DNA of 32,000 nt from Breznakia blatticola (GTDB lineage Bacteria; Bacillota_I; Bacilli_A; Erysipelotrichales; Erysipelotrichaceae): positions 1 to 32,000 of the forward strand of contig NZ_SODD01000013.1 in NCBI RefSeq assembly GCF_004365815.1, written 5' to 3'. A model generated the notes under the pieces. It saw only the letters and a program-made list of their open reading frames with translations, was not told where the DNA came from and ran no database searches. Below, one piece after another: positions 18,953 to 26,033 of this stretch. A program made the position numbers and the translations under genes. Within the stretch, counting starts at the first letter, position 1. The number at the start of each line of letters is the position of its first letter.

Positions 18953-20207
18953 TTGTAATAACGATTGTGGTTCATGCAGTGAAAACTGCAACGATAGAAC
19001 ACAACCACAAAGTTTTTTAGAAGAACCAAACAAAAATTCAAACATCAAAAAAGTCATTGGGATTGTTAGTGGAAAAGGTGGTGTAGGAAAATCACTTGTT
19101 ACTTCCCTACTTGCTGCAAACATGCAAAAGCAAGGATATCTGAGTGCAATACTTGATGGTGATATTACGGGTCCATCCATTCCTAAAGCATTTGGAATCA
19201 AGGATAAAGCATATGGAAATGATAGTGGGATGTTTCCTGCAACATCAAGTACTGGAGTAAAACTATTCTCTACGAATATGTTGCTGCAAAACGAAAGTGA
19301 TCCTGTTGTATGGAGAGGCCCTGTTATCGCTGGAATGATCAAACAATTTTGGCAAGAAGTACAATGGGGTGATGTAGATTACATGTTTGTAGATATGCCT
19401 CCAGGAACAGGAGATGTTCCACTTACGGTATTCCAATCTTTACCAGTAGATGGAATCATCATTGTAACCAGTCCGCAAGAACTTGTTTCGATGATTGTAG
19501 AAAAAGTTGTAAACATGGCAAATATGATGCAAATTCCTGTACTGGGTATCGTAGAAAATATGAGTTACTTTATATGCGATTCATGCAATAAAGAGCATCA
19601 CATTTTTGGTGATAGTCACCTTGATGAGATTGCAGAGCGCTTTAATGTTGATTGTATTGCTCGTTTACCAATGGATCCAAGTATTGCTCACCAAGTAGAT
19701 AAAGGATTAATCGAAGATCTTGATATTCCACAAATTCAACCAATTGTAGAAATGTTAAAAAAAGTAGAAAGTTTACATGCTACAAATACAGAAGATACAG
19801 CCAAAACAATAAACGAAGTTATTGCTATTCCATATGATAAAGGACAAGTTTTCCAACATTTTGGAAAAACAAAAGAATTTAAAATCTACACAGTAGTAGA
19901 TAATGAAATTACAAACCAACGCATCATATCCGCAGGTAGTGCAGGACATCACGAACTAGTTCATGTTCTTTTAGAATATGATGTGACTACACTTTTATGT
20001 GGTGGTATGGGTAATGGTGCAAAAGATGCAAATGAAGCTGCTGGAATTACTGTATACACTGGATTTAGCGGTAGTTGTGAACAAGCAATTGCTAACTACA
20101 TCGCTGGTAATGTACAACTTTCAAGTAATGCAACTTGTAATCACCACGACCATGATCATCATCATGATCATGACCACCAATGTAGTGGAAACTGCTCAAA
20201 CCATTAA
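18945..20207 (+). CDS. fusion protein: N-terminal 4-Cys motif + Mrp/NBP35-type P-loop ATPase + NifX/NifB-C-like (Nitro_FeMo-Co) domain + His-rich tail
   Basis: Start ATG at 18945 with AAGGAGG 8 nt upstream. It overlaps the DUF134 stop (ATGAGTAA).
- CNNDCGSCSENC at residues 4-15.
- Deviant Walker A GKGGVGKS at 19071-19094.
- Mrp CxxC (CDSC) at 19575-19586.
- Residues ~291-392 (19815-20120), ...FQHFGKTKEFKIY...GHHELVHVLLEYDVTTLLCGGMGNGAKDANEAAGITVYTG..., match the NifX/NifB-C-terminal fold family.
- The tail is CNHHDHDHHHDHDHQC.
The ORF-track start at 18771 would overlap DUF134 by 180 nt and lacks an RBS. Confidence 0.8.
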   Translation: MSNCNNDCGSCSENCNDRTQPQSFLEEPNKNSNIKKVIGIVSGKGGVGKSLVTSLLAANMQKQGYLSAILDGDITGPSIPKAFGIKDKAYGNDSGMFPATSSTGVKLFSTNMLLQNESDPVVWRGPVIAGMIKQFWQEVQWGDVDYMFVDMPPGTGDVPLTVFQSLPVDGIIIVTSPQELVSMIVEKVVNMANMMQIPVLGIVENMSYFICDSCNKEHHIFGDSHLDEIAERFNVDCIARLPMDPSIAHQVDKGLIEDLDIPQIQPIVEMLKKVESLHATNTEDTAKTINEVIAIPYDKGQVFQHFGKTKEFKIYTVVDNEITNQRIISAGSAGHHELVHVLLEYDVTTLLCGGMGNGAKDANEAAGITVYTGFSGSCEQAIANYIAGNVQLSSNATCNHHDHDHHHDHDHQCSGNCSNH

Positions 20208-20228
20208 CAAACATAATGTAAATAACTA

Positions 20229-20253
20229 ACAAGCCTTAACTCGGCTTGTTTTT
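20229..20253 (+). terminator. Rho-independent terminator of DUF134-mrp/nifX operon
   Basis: ACAAGCC-ttaactc-GGCTTGT perfect 7-bp stem, followed by TTTTTAT. Confidence 0.7.
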
Positions 20254-20285
20254 ATATATTCATAAATTAGTCAATCGATACACAT

Positions 20286-20309
20286 AAAAAGGGAAGCTGC
20301 TTACTTCCC
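20286..20309 (-). terminator. Rho-independent terminator of the adhesin gene
   Basis: Minus strand: GGGAAG-taagcag-CTTCCC followed by TTTTTAT. It lies 33 nt downstream of the stop at 20342. Confidence 0.65.
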
Positions 20310-20341
20310 TTCTGTTTCTCGTATTTTACTAAAGCTATATA

Positions 20342-23300
20342 TTATTTCGCTTTTCTAGTTCTCTTTGTAATTACAAAGACACCAGTTGCTAATAGAAGTA
20401 GTGATAAGTATGCCAATGCATTTGTAGTATCACCTGTCGCAATTGACGGAAGAACTTTTACTTCTTCTTTTTTATTGTCTTGTTTTGGTTCTTCTGGCGC
20501 AACTGAAGGTGCACGTTTAACATATACTACGTTAAATACGTTATCTTCTGTTTTTTCAATACTAATTGTTAGTGATTGTTTATCAGCTGCTTGATACATA
20601 TATGTTGCATCTTTACTTAAAAAGTATTTTACATTGATATCACTTAATTGAATTACATCACCATCAGCATACAGTGATTCAGAAGTATAACTTCCAATAT
20701 AGTTATCTGCATCTGTACTTGAACCAACTACATCTTCCCAGAAGTGAACTGTATAATCTGTAGTTTCAGCTTCAACTTCTGATAATGCATATTTCACTTT
20801 AATTACATTTGTTTGCACATCCTCAGTAACTTTTAACACGTATTGTTTACTTGGTTGATCTGAAGCTAATTCATAAATTGAATCTAAGCTATTATCGACA
20901 AGTTTTTGTTGCGCATCACTTATCGAGTAGAAAACATCAGTTCCATGTTCCGTAATTGGGAAAACTGTTGTCCAATCATTGTTAATCACAAAGTCACCTG
21001 CTTCATTTTCAAAGTAGTACTCAACTCGATATGCTGTTTTCTTGTATACATAAACACGGTTAATTACTTGATCTGGAGCATCAACTGTAGGTGTTACAGT
21101 CGTTGAAGCATCTGATTGTAATACATATCCTTCATCTATAAACTTCTTATCTAACTCTCCGCCACTAGTTGTGTCTGTTAGTGATAAGTAAGAAACGTAT
21201 CCTGTAGCAGAATCCATCAATACTTCCGTTTGGTTTCTAGGACCACCAACAAATGAAGCATTTACTTTGACAGATGCTGGTTTGTATTTGTGTGTGATTG
21301 TAACAGTATATGTTTTTCCAGCTTCTACAGTGAATCCATCTTTCAAGACACCACTAGAATCAACAATATCTGTTTGATCAGCAATATGTTTTTTGTCATC
21401 AAAAGCACGACTTAAATGACTTGCATCTACAAACTCTGAACCATGATATACCTCAACTGAATGTGAATCGATACTATTTTTATCTGTTGATCCAATTTCT
21501 TGTTCGTAATGTACGAATTGAATTGTAGCCATTCCGTTATTTGGCAATGACTTATAGTAGATTTTATAAACATTATCATCTGCATTTCTTTTTATTTCTA
21601 AGCTAAGAATCGGTGATTTCGCTGTATCCAACATATAAAGTTGGCGATCTGATGATTCACTCACCCCATTTAAAAATGCATTTTGAATATTTACATTGTT
21701 GTATGTAAGATTTTCAATCGAATAAGTTTTTCCAACTTCTACTTTTGAATTTGTTCCAAGAATCTCACTTGAAGAAAGAGTTTTCATTGGAGAACTTTGA
21801 TCATCTAAATAGTATTCTACTTTAAAGTCTTGTTCTACAATTTTCTCTTGATAAATAACATCAATACCAACTGGTTCAATAGTTACATAATTACCACTAG
21901 TTGCTCTTGCATTTGTTAATGTAGCAGTATTTGCTCCAAATCTAACGAATTCATAAGTAACTCCATCAACAGTAATTTCTGCAGGAATTGAATCCTTTGT
22001 AGTTGTATTATCAATACTTACACTACGATTAGTACTATCCAAATTGATTGTCTTTGTAGGTGTTGAAGAATTTAATACTTGTGGATTTTTACCAGTTTTG
22101 TATTGGTTTAAATCCGTTGAAAGAAGTTCATCACCTTTAGTTTTTGTAGCCTCATCGATTTTAAAGAAATTAAATTGATATCCATATGTATTTTCCCAAT
22201 AAAACTCTGTTGAACCAGTAATGTTTATTGTTTTATCGCCATACGTATAATTTACTCCATTGTTCTCTGTAAGGTTCGTTTTATACCAACCATCTTGTAA
22301 ATAACTACCATTATTATCAATATCTTTAATTTTTACTCGTATCGTTCCTTCCGTTGTATTTTTACCATCTACATTTAATGGAAATCTAATTACATTATCT
22401 TGTACTTGAATACCTGTTACATCTGATGTTACATATTCCATCCATTCAGGAAGTGTATCAGTAATAGTTCCTTGACCACTGTAATACTCTTCTTTCATTG
22501 CTTCAGCTACAGCTTGTGCTGCATTCTTAACTGCCTGTGCATCTGCACATGTGTAGTAATACTTTTCTGTTGTACTTCCACTTTTGTAAGAAGAAACCTG
22601 TTTTAGAACATCTACATCAATACTCGCACCAACTGTAAAAATAGTCTTACCGTTTTCCTTAATTGCAGTTGCTTGATTAATTGTATTTTTATTGTTTGTA
22701 CTTGATGTATCTTTTCCATTACCAACTACAGTATTCGATGAGTTATCTTTATAGGAATATGTAGGTTCTCCATCACTTAATAAAAAGATAATTTCTTTTC
22801 CTTTTTTTGATGAATCCGTTTTTGCTAAATCATCTAACTCTGTATTGGCTTTTCTTAGTGCTTTTTGAATAAAAGTTGCACTACCTACATTTCCTTTATC
22901 TGTAGTATCATCGTAACCATTGTTAATATCAGGTAAAGGCACACCATATTTATCAACTTTTTGATCACCTTTTTTATATTTTAAAGTATAGTCATATACA
23001 TCCATACAACCGAATGAACTACAAATTTTTTTATAAATTTTTTGTTGTCCATCCTTTTCATAAACTTGTTTAACAATGTCCGTTTTATAAACTGGTTCAT
23101 CATGGCGCCATACTTTAGCATCTACATCATCACCAAAAGTAACCACTTTAAACGAAACACCAGGATGATCAACATCATTATCACTCGTCTTACCAAACTC
23201 TTTTAGCAAGTCATCAGAAATTGTTTTGATCATTTTCTCCGATTCAACTAATAAATTCTTCTTTCCATTTGAATTGTACATACTATTACTATCATCTAAT

Positions 23301-23605
23301 AAAAATACAATATTTAGTCTTTCTTTTGTTTTGATAGTCTTTGATTTTCCAGTAGTACCAAAAGTGATATCATATTGTCCTTCAATCTCTTTTCCATTTT
23401 CATCTACTGCTTGTTTAACTGTTTTAGTCAGTTTAACTTCATCATTACTTGCTTCCTGTTTTGCATTTTTCAATTCATATGCATCTGGCAAGTTCGTTTC
23501 CGCCTTAACTGACTGCAAGTCTCCCATAAAGATGGCACCAAGAACTAATGCAAACGTTAATATGCTTAGTGTGATTTTCCTTATGCCTAATTTTGTTTTT
23601 TTCAT
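20342..23605 (-). CDS. cell-wall-anchored surface adhesin: signal peptide + vWA (MIDAS) domain + beta-rich stalk + ~5 MucBP-like repeats + sorting-signal-like C-terminus
   Basis: 1087 aa.
- Signal peptide MKKTKLGIRKITLSILTFALVLGAIFMGDLQSVKA|E.
- MIDAS DDSNS in LNIVFLLDDSNSMY (23282-23296), and a later IIFLLSDGEPTY.
- Five ~75-90-aa modules starting like FKVEYYLDD, TIQFVHYEQ, SVKVNASF, YRVEYYFENE and YTVHFWEDV, and ending V.KIYYK/V.V.Y.
- C-terminus VLPSIATGD + hydrophobic helix + KRTRKAK.
- RBS is GAAGGAGGAAAG. Confidence 0.8.
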   Translation of the reverse strand: MKKTKLGIRKITLSILTFALVLGAIFMGDLQSVKAETNLPDAYELKNAKQEASNDEVKLTKTVKQAVDENGKEIEGQYDITFGTTGKSKTIKTKERLNIVFLLDDSNSMYNSNGKKNLLVESEKMIKTISDDLLKEFGKTSDNDVDHPGVSFKVVTFGDDVDAKVWRHDEPVYKTDIVKQVYEKDGQQKIYKKICSSFGCMDVYDYTLKYKKGDQKVDKYGVPLPDINNGYDDTTDKGNVGSATFIQKALRKANTELDDLAKTDSSKKGKEIIFLLSDGEPTYSYKDNSSNTVVGNGKDTSSTNNKNTINQATAIKENGKTIFTVGASIDVDVLKQVSSYKSGSTTEKYYYTCADAQAVKNAAQAVAEAMKEEYYSGQGTITDTLPEWMEYVTSDVTGIQVQDNVIRFPLNVDGKNTTEGTIRVKIKDIDNNGSYLQDGWYKTNLTENNGVNYTYGDKTINITGSTEFYWENTYGYQFNFFKIDEATKTKGDELLSTDLNQYKTGKNPQVLNSSTPTKTINLDSTNRSVSIDNTTTKDSIPAEITVDGVTYEFVRFGANTATLTNARATSGNYVTIEPVGIDVIYQEKIVEQDFKVEYYLDDQSSPMKTLSSSEILGTNSKVEVGKTYSIENLTYNNVNIQNAFLNGVSESSDRQLYMLDTAKSPILSLEIKRNADDNVYKIYYKSLPNNGMATIQFVHYEQEIGSTDKNSIDSHSVEVYHGSEFVDASHLSRAFDDKKHIADQTDIVDSSGVLKDGFTVEAGKTYTVTITHKYKPASVKVNASFVGGPRNQTEVLMDSATGYVSYLSLTDTTSGGELDKKFIDEGYVLQSDASTTVTPTVDAPDQVINRVYVYKKTAYRVEYYFENEAGDFVINNDWTTVFPITEHGTDVFYSISDAQQKLVDNSLDSIYELASDQPSKQYVLKVTEDVQTNVIKVKYALSEVEAETTDYTVHFWEDVVGSSTDADNYIGSYTSESLYADGDVIQLSDINVKYFLSKDATYMYQAADKQSLTISIEKTEDNVFNVVYVKRAPSVAPEEPKQDNKKEEVKVLPSIATGDTTNALAYLSLLLLATGVFVITKRTRKAK

Positions 23606-23640
23606 ACTTTCCTCCTTCTAAAACACACAGTAACTATTTA

Positions 23641-23680
23641 CATAAGAAAAACTCATGTAAATAAAAGACTTACATGAGTT
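23641..23680 (-). promoter_or_regulatory. terminator-like hairpin in the adhesin leader (candidate attenuator)
   Basis: Minus strand: AACTCATGTAA-gtcttttat-TTACATGAGTT, a perfect 11-bp stem, followed by TTTTCTTATG. It ends about 35 nt upstream of the adhesin ATG and about 290 nt beyond the tsf stop, which has its own terminator. Confidence 0.5.
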
Positions 23681-23838
23681 GCATTATAAAAAGATTCAGT
23701 TTTATCAAAGCGAATATAGCAAAAAGATACACTTAAAAAAGCATACAAACAAACACAACACCTATACTGGCTTTGCCTATAAACGGAACAATCCTTAAAT
23801 TAAAACAACACACATTTAATCTTCTTTGTTACAGTTTT

Positions 23839-23867
23839 ATTTTAATACTATATTTATTTAATGTAAA
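23839..23867 (-). promoter_or_regulatory. candidate sigma-A promoter for the adhesin gene
   Basis: Minus strand: TTTACA (23862-23867), 17-nt spacer, TAAAAT (23839-23844). This would give a ~225-nt AT-rich leader. Confidence 0.35.
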
Positions 23868-23930
23868 GATTTTTGTTTTTAAATTTATAATTAATTCTTA
23901 TTTATAAAATTTGTGTTTTATAGTATAGGT

Positions 23931-23960
23931 AGTAAACAAAAAGCTACCGAAGTAGCTTTC
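23931..23960 (-). terminator. Rho-independent terminator of rpsB-tsf
   Basis: Minus strand: AAAGCTAC-ttcg-GTAGCTTT, 8-bp stem with a C(UUCG)G tetraloop, followed by TTGTTTAC. It lies 9 nt after the tsf stop. Confidence 0.7.
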
Positions 23961-23968
23961 ATTTTAAA

Positions 23969-24856
23969 TTATTTATTGATTTGGTTCATTACTTCTTCAG
24001 CGAAGTTTTCTTCTCTTTTTTCGATTCCTTCACCTACAGCGTAACGTACGAATGTCACAACTTCAGCGTTGTTGCTCTTTAAGTATTGAGCAACTTTTTG
24101 GTTAGGATCTTTGAAGTAAATTTGGTCAATTAAACTTACATCTTGTAATGATTTAGATAAACGACCTTCAACGATTCCTTTAAGAACGTTTTCTGGTTTT
24201 GATTTTAAACTTTCATCATTGTTTAAGATTTCAGTTTGAATTTGTCTTTCTTTGTCAATAAATTCTTGTGGCATGTGGTCACGAGAAATGTATTGTGGAG
24301 ACATTGATGCAACTTGCATTGCGATGTCTTTAGCAACTTCATCATTTCCACCTTTAAGCACAGTTAAAGCAGAAATTTTTCCACCCATGTGCATGTAAGC
24401 TCCAAATACGTCATCAGCAGTTTTTTCAACTACTTCAAAACGACGAAGTGAAATTCTTTCACCGATTGTTGCTGTTGCGTTAGCGATTGTAGTTTCAAGT
24501 GTATCACCTTCAGTAACTAATGCTAATGCACTATCCATATCGCTTGGTTTGTTTGATAATAAAATTCCTTGAATTTTATCTAATAATTCAGTGAATTGTT
24601 CGTTTTTCGCAACGAAGTCTGTTTCTGAGTTAACTTCGAAGATTACAGCGATGTTTCCATCAGTTGCAACACGAGTTAATCCTTCAGCAGCAATTCTTCC
24701 TGATTTTTTTGCAGCTTTAGCAATACCTTTTTCACGTAGCCATTCAGCTGCTTTATCCATATCACCGTCAGTTTCTTGAAGGGCTTTTTTACAGTCCATC
24801 ATCCCTGCGCCTGTTCTTTCTCTAAGTTCTTTTACCATTGCAGCAGTAATTGTCAT
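23969..24856 (-). CDS. tsf: translation elongation factor Ts
   Basis: The N-terminal UBA-like TITAAMVKELRERTGAGMMDCKKAL signature is present. 295 aa. Confidence 0.95.
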   Translation of the reverse strand: MTITAAMVKELRERTGAGMMDCKKALQETDGDMDKAAEWLREKGIAKAAKKSGRIAAEGLTRVATDGNIAVIFEVNSETDFVAKNEQFTELLDKIQGILLSNKPSDMDSALALVTEGDTLETTIANATATIGERISLRRFEVVEKTADDVFGAYMHMGGKISALTVLKGGNDEVAKDIAMQVASMSPQYISRDHMPQEFIDKERQIQTEILNNDESLKSKPENVLKGIVEGRLSKSLQDVSLIDQIYFKDPNQKVAQYLKSNNAEVVTFVRYAVGEGIEKREENFAEEVMNQINK

Positions 24857-24885
24857 AGTAAGTCTCCTTTCTTTACGTTATGTAA

Positions 24886-25863
24886 TTATGCTTCTTTGTT
24901 TTCTTCAGTTTTTGGAGCTGCAGCAGCTTCAGCTGGTTTGTTAGCTGGTCTGTTTCCACCTTGTGCTCCACGGTTGTCATCACGACGTCCTTGGTATGGT
25001 TTTCTTGGTCCACGGTTGTCACGTCCATCACGTTTGTTAGCGAAACGAGCACGACGTTCTTCGTATTTAGCACGACGACGACGTTCGTTTTCAGCGATTT
25101 GTTCTTCAACGTTAACGATAACATCTTTCATAGTTACATCTGGTTCAGTATCATTTGCACATGAGTGAGCAACTGATAATAATCCACCTTTAGCTTCAAC
25201 AATTGCATCAGCCATTAATGTAACGATTAATTTAATTGCACGCATTGCATCATCATTTGATGCGATTGGGTAATCAACTTCTTCTGGGTCACAGTTTGTG
25301 TCGATCATTGCGAATACAGGAATTCCTAATTTCTTAGCTTCTGCAACTGCGTTGTGTTCTTCTTTTGGATCAACAACGAAAACTGCATCTGGAAGTTTTT
25401 TCATTTCTTTAATTCCACCTAAGAAGTTTTCTAAACGAGCTTTTTGTTTACGGAATTGCGCTTGTTCTTTTTTCGTGTATACATCGATTAATCCAGTTGA
25501 TTCCATTTCTTCAATTTCGATTAAACGTTTTACACGTTTTTGGATTGTACGGTAGTTAGTTAATAATCCACCTAACCATCTTTGGTTTACATAGAAACTT
25601 CCTGAACGTAATGCTTCTTCAACGATAGTTCCTTGTGCTTGTTTTTTTGTTCCAACAAATAATACTTTTCCACCTTTTTCAGCGATTGCTTTCATTGCAG
25701 CGTAAGCAGTATCGATTTGTTTTTCAGTTTCTTCTAAGTTAATGATGTATACACCATTTCTTGATCCATAAATATATGGTTTCATTTTTGGGTTCCATCT
25801 TCTTGTTTGGTGTCCGAAGTGTACACCTGATTCTAATAGTTGTCTCATTGAAACAATTGACAT
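24886..25863 (-). CDS. rpsB: 30S ribosomal protein S2 with ~75-aa basic C-terminal extension
   Basis: The core [27 protein letters not shown]...[10 protein letters not shown]...QRWLGG.LTN is canonical S2 up to about residue 230. It is followed by ...[68 protein letters not shown]. Confidence 0.95.
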   Translation of the reverse strand: MSIVSMRQLLESGVHFGHQTRRWNPKMKPYIYGSRNGVYIINLEETEKQIDTAYAAMKAIAEKGGKVLFVGTKKQAQGTIVEEALRSGSFYVNQRWLGGLLTNYRTIQKRVKRLIEIEEMESTGLIDVYTKKEQAQFRKQKARLENFLGGIKEMKKLPDAVFVVDPKEEHNAVAEAKKLGIPVFAMIDTNCDPEEVDYPIASNDDAMRAIKLIVTLMADAIVEAKGGLLSVAHSCANDTEPDVTMKDVIVNVEEQIAENERRRRAKYEERRARFANKRDGRDNRGPRKPYQGRRDDNRGAQGGNRPANKPAEAAAAPKTEENKEA

Positions 25864-25996
25864 AAATAAGTCCTCTCTTTCCGTTACTCCTCCATCAATT
25901 CAAAAGTTGATAACTCATTGTCGCTAGGATTCTTCCTGCTAGAGCACGGATCAACCAATTCTTGATGTGTGTAGTCGTGTCTTCACACGCTTTGGT

Positions 25997-26025
25997 ATTG
26001 TACCACAAACAAAACCTTTATTCAA
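25997..26025 (-). promoter_or_regulatory. sigma-A promoter of rpsB-tsf
   Basis: Minus strand: TTGAAT (26020-26025), 17-nt spacer ending in TGg, TACAAT (25997-26002). This is an extended -10 and gives a ~130-nt leader. Confidence 0.6.
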
Positions 26026-26033
26026 TAGGGTTT

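Noticed and set aside
23596-23605. An A7 tract immediately after the adhesin start codon (ATGAAAAAAAC), considered as a slipped-strand phase-variation site.
   Set aside because: MKK(K) starts are common in low-GC signal peptides, and 7 nt is short for efficient slippage. There is no evidence of length heterogeneity in a single sequence.
23740-23800. A GGCAAAGCC element in the adhesin leader that recalls the conserved GCAAAGC of c-di-GMP-I (GEMM) riboswitches.
   Set aside because: I could not find the second arm, the tetraloop/receptor, or the rest of the GEMM-I or GEMM-II consensus. The leader is reported only as an unclassified candidate.
23760-23930. A 9-bp inverted repeat (ACCTATACT at 23760-23768 and AGTATAGGT at 23922-23930) flanking the candidate adhesin promoter. 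I considered it as a possible invertible phase-variation switch.
   Set aside because: Nine base pairs in an AT-rich 360-nt region is close to chance expectation. No dedicated invertase gene is adjacent, since XerC is a housekeeping gene 2 kb away. Read-pair evidence of inversion would be needed before taking this seriously.
24776-25168. A 130-aa + strand ORF and an 83-aa minus-strand alternate-frame ORF overlapping the 3' end of rpsB.
   Set aside because: They are artefacts of the GC-rich, repeat-like DNA encoding the S2 tail. They lack start context and overlap a highly conserved gene.
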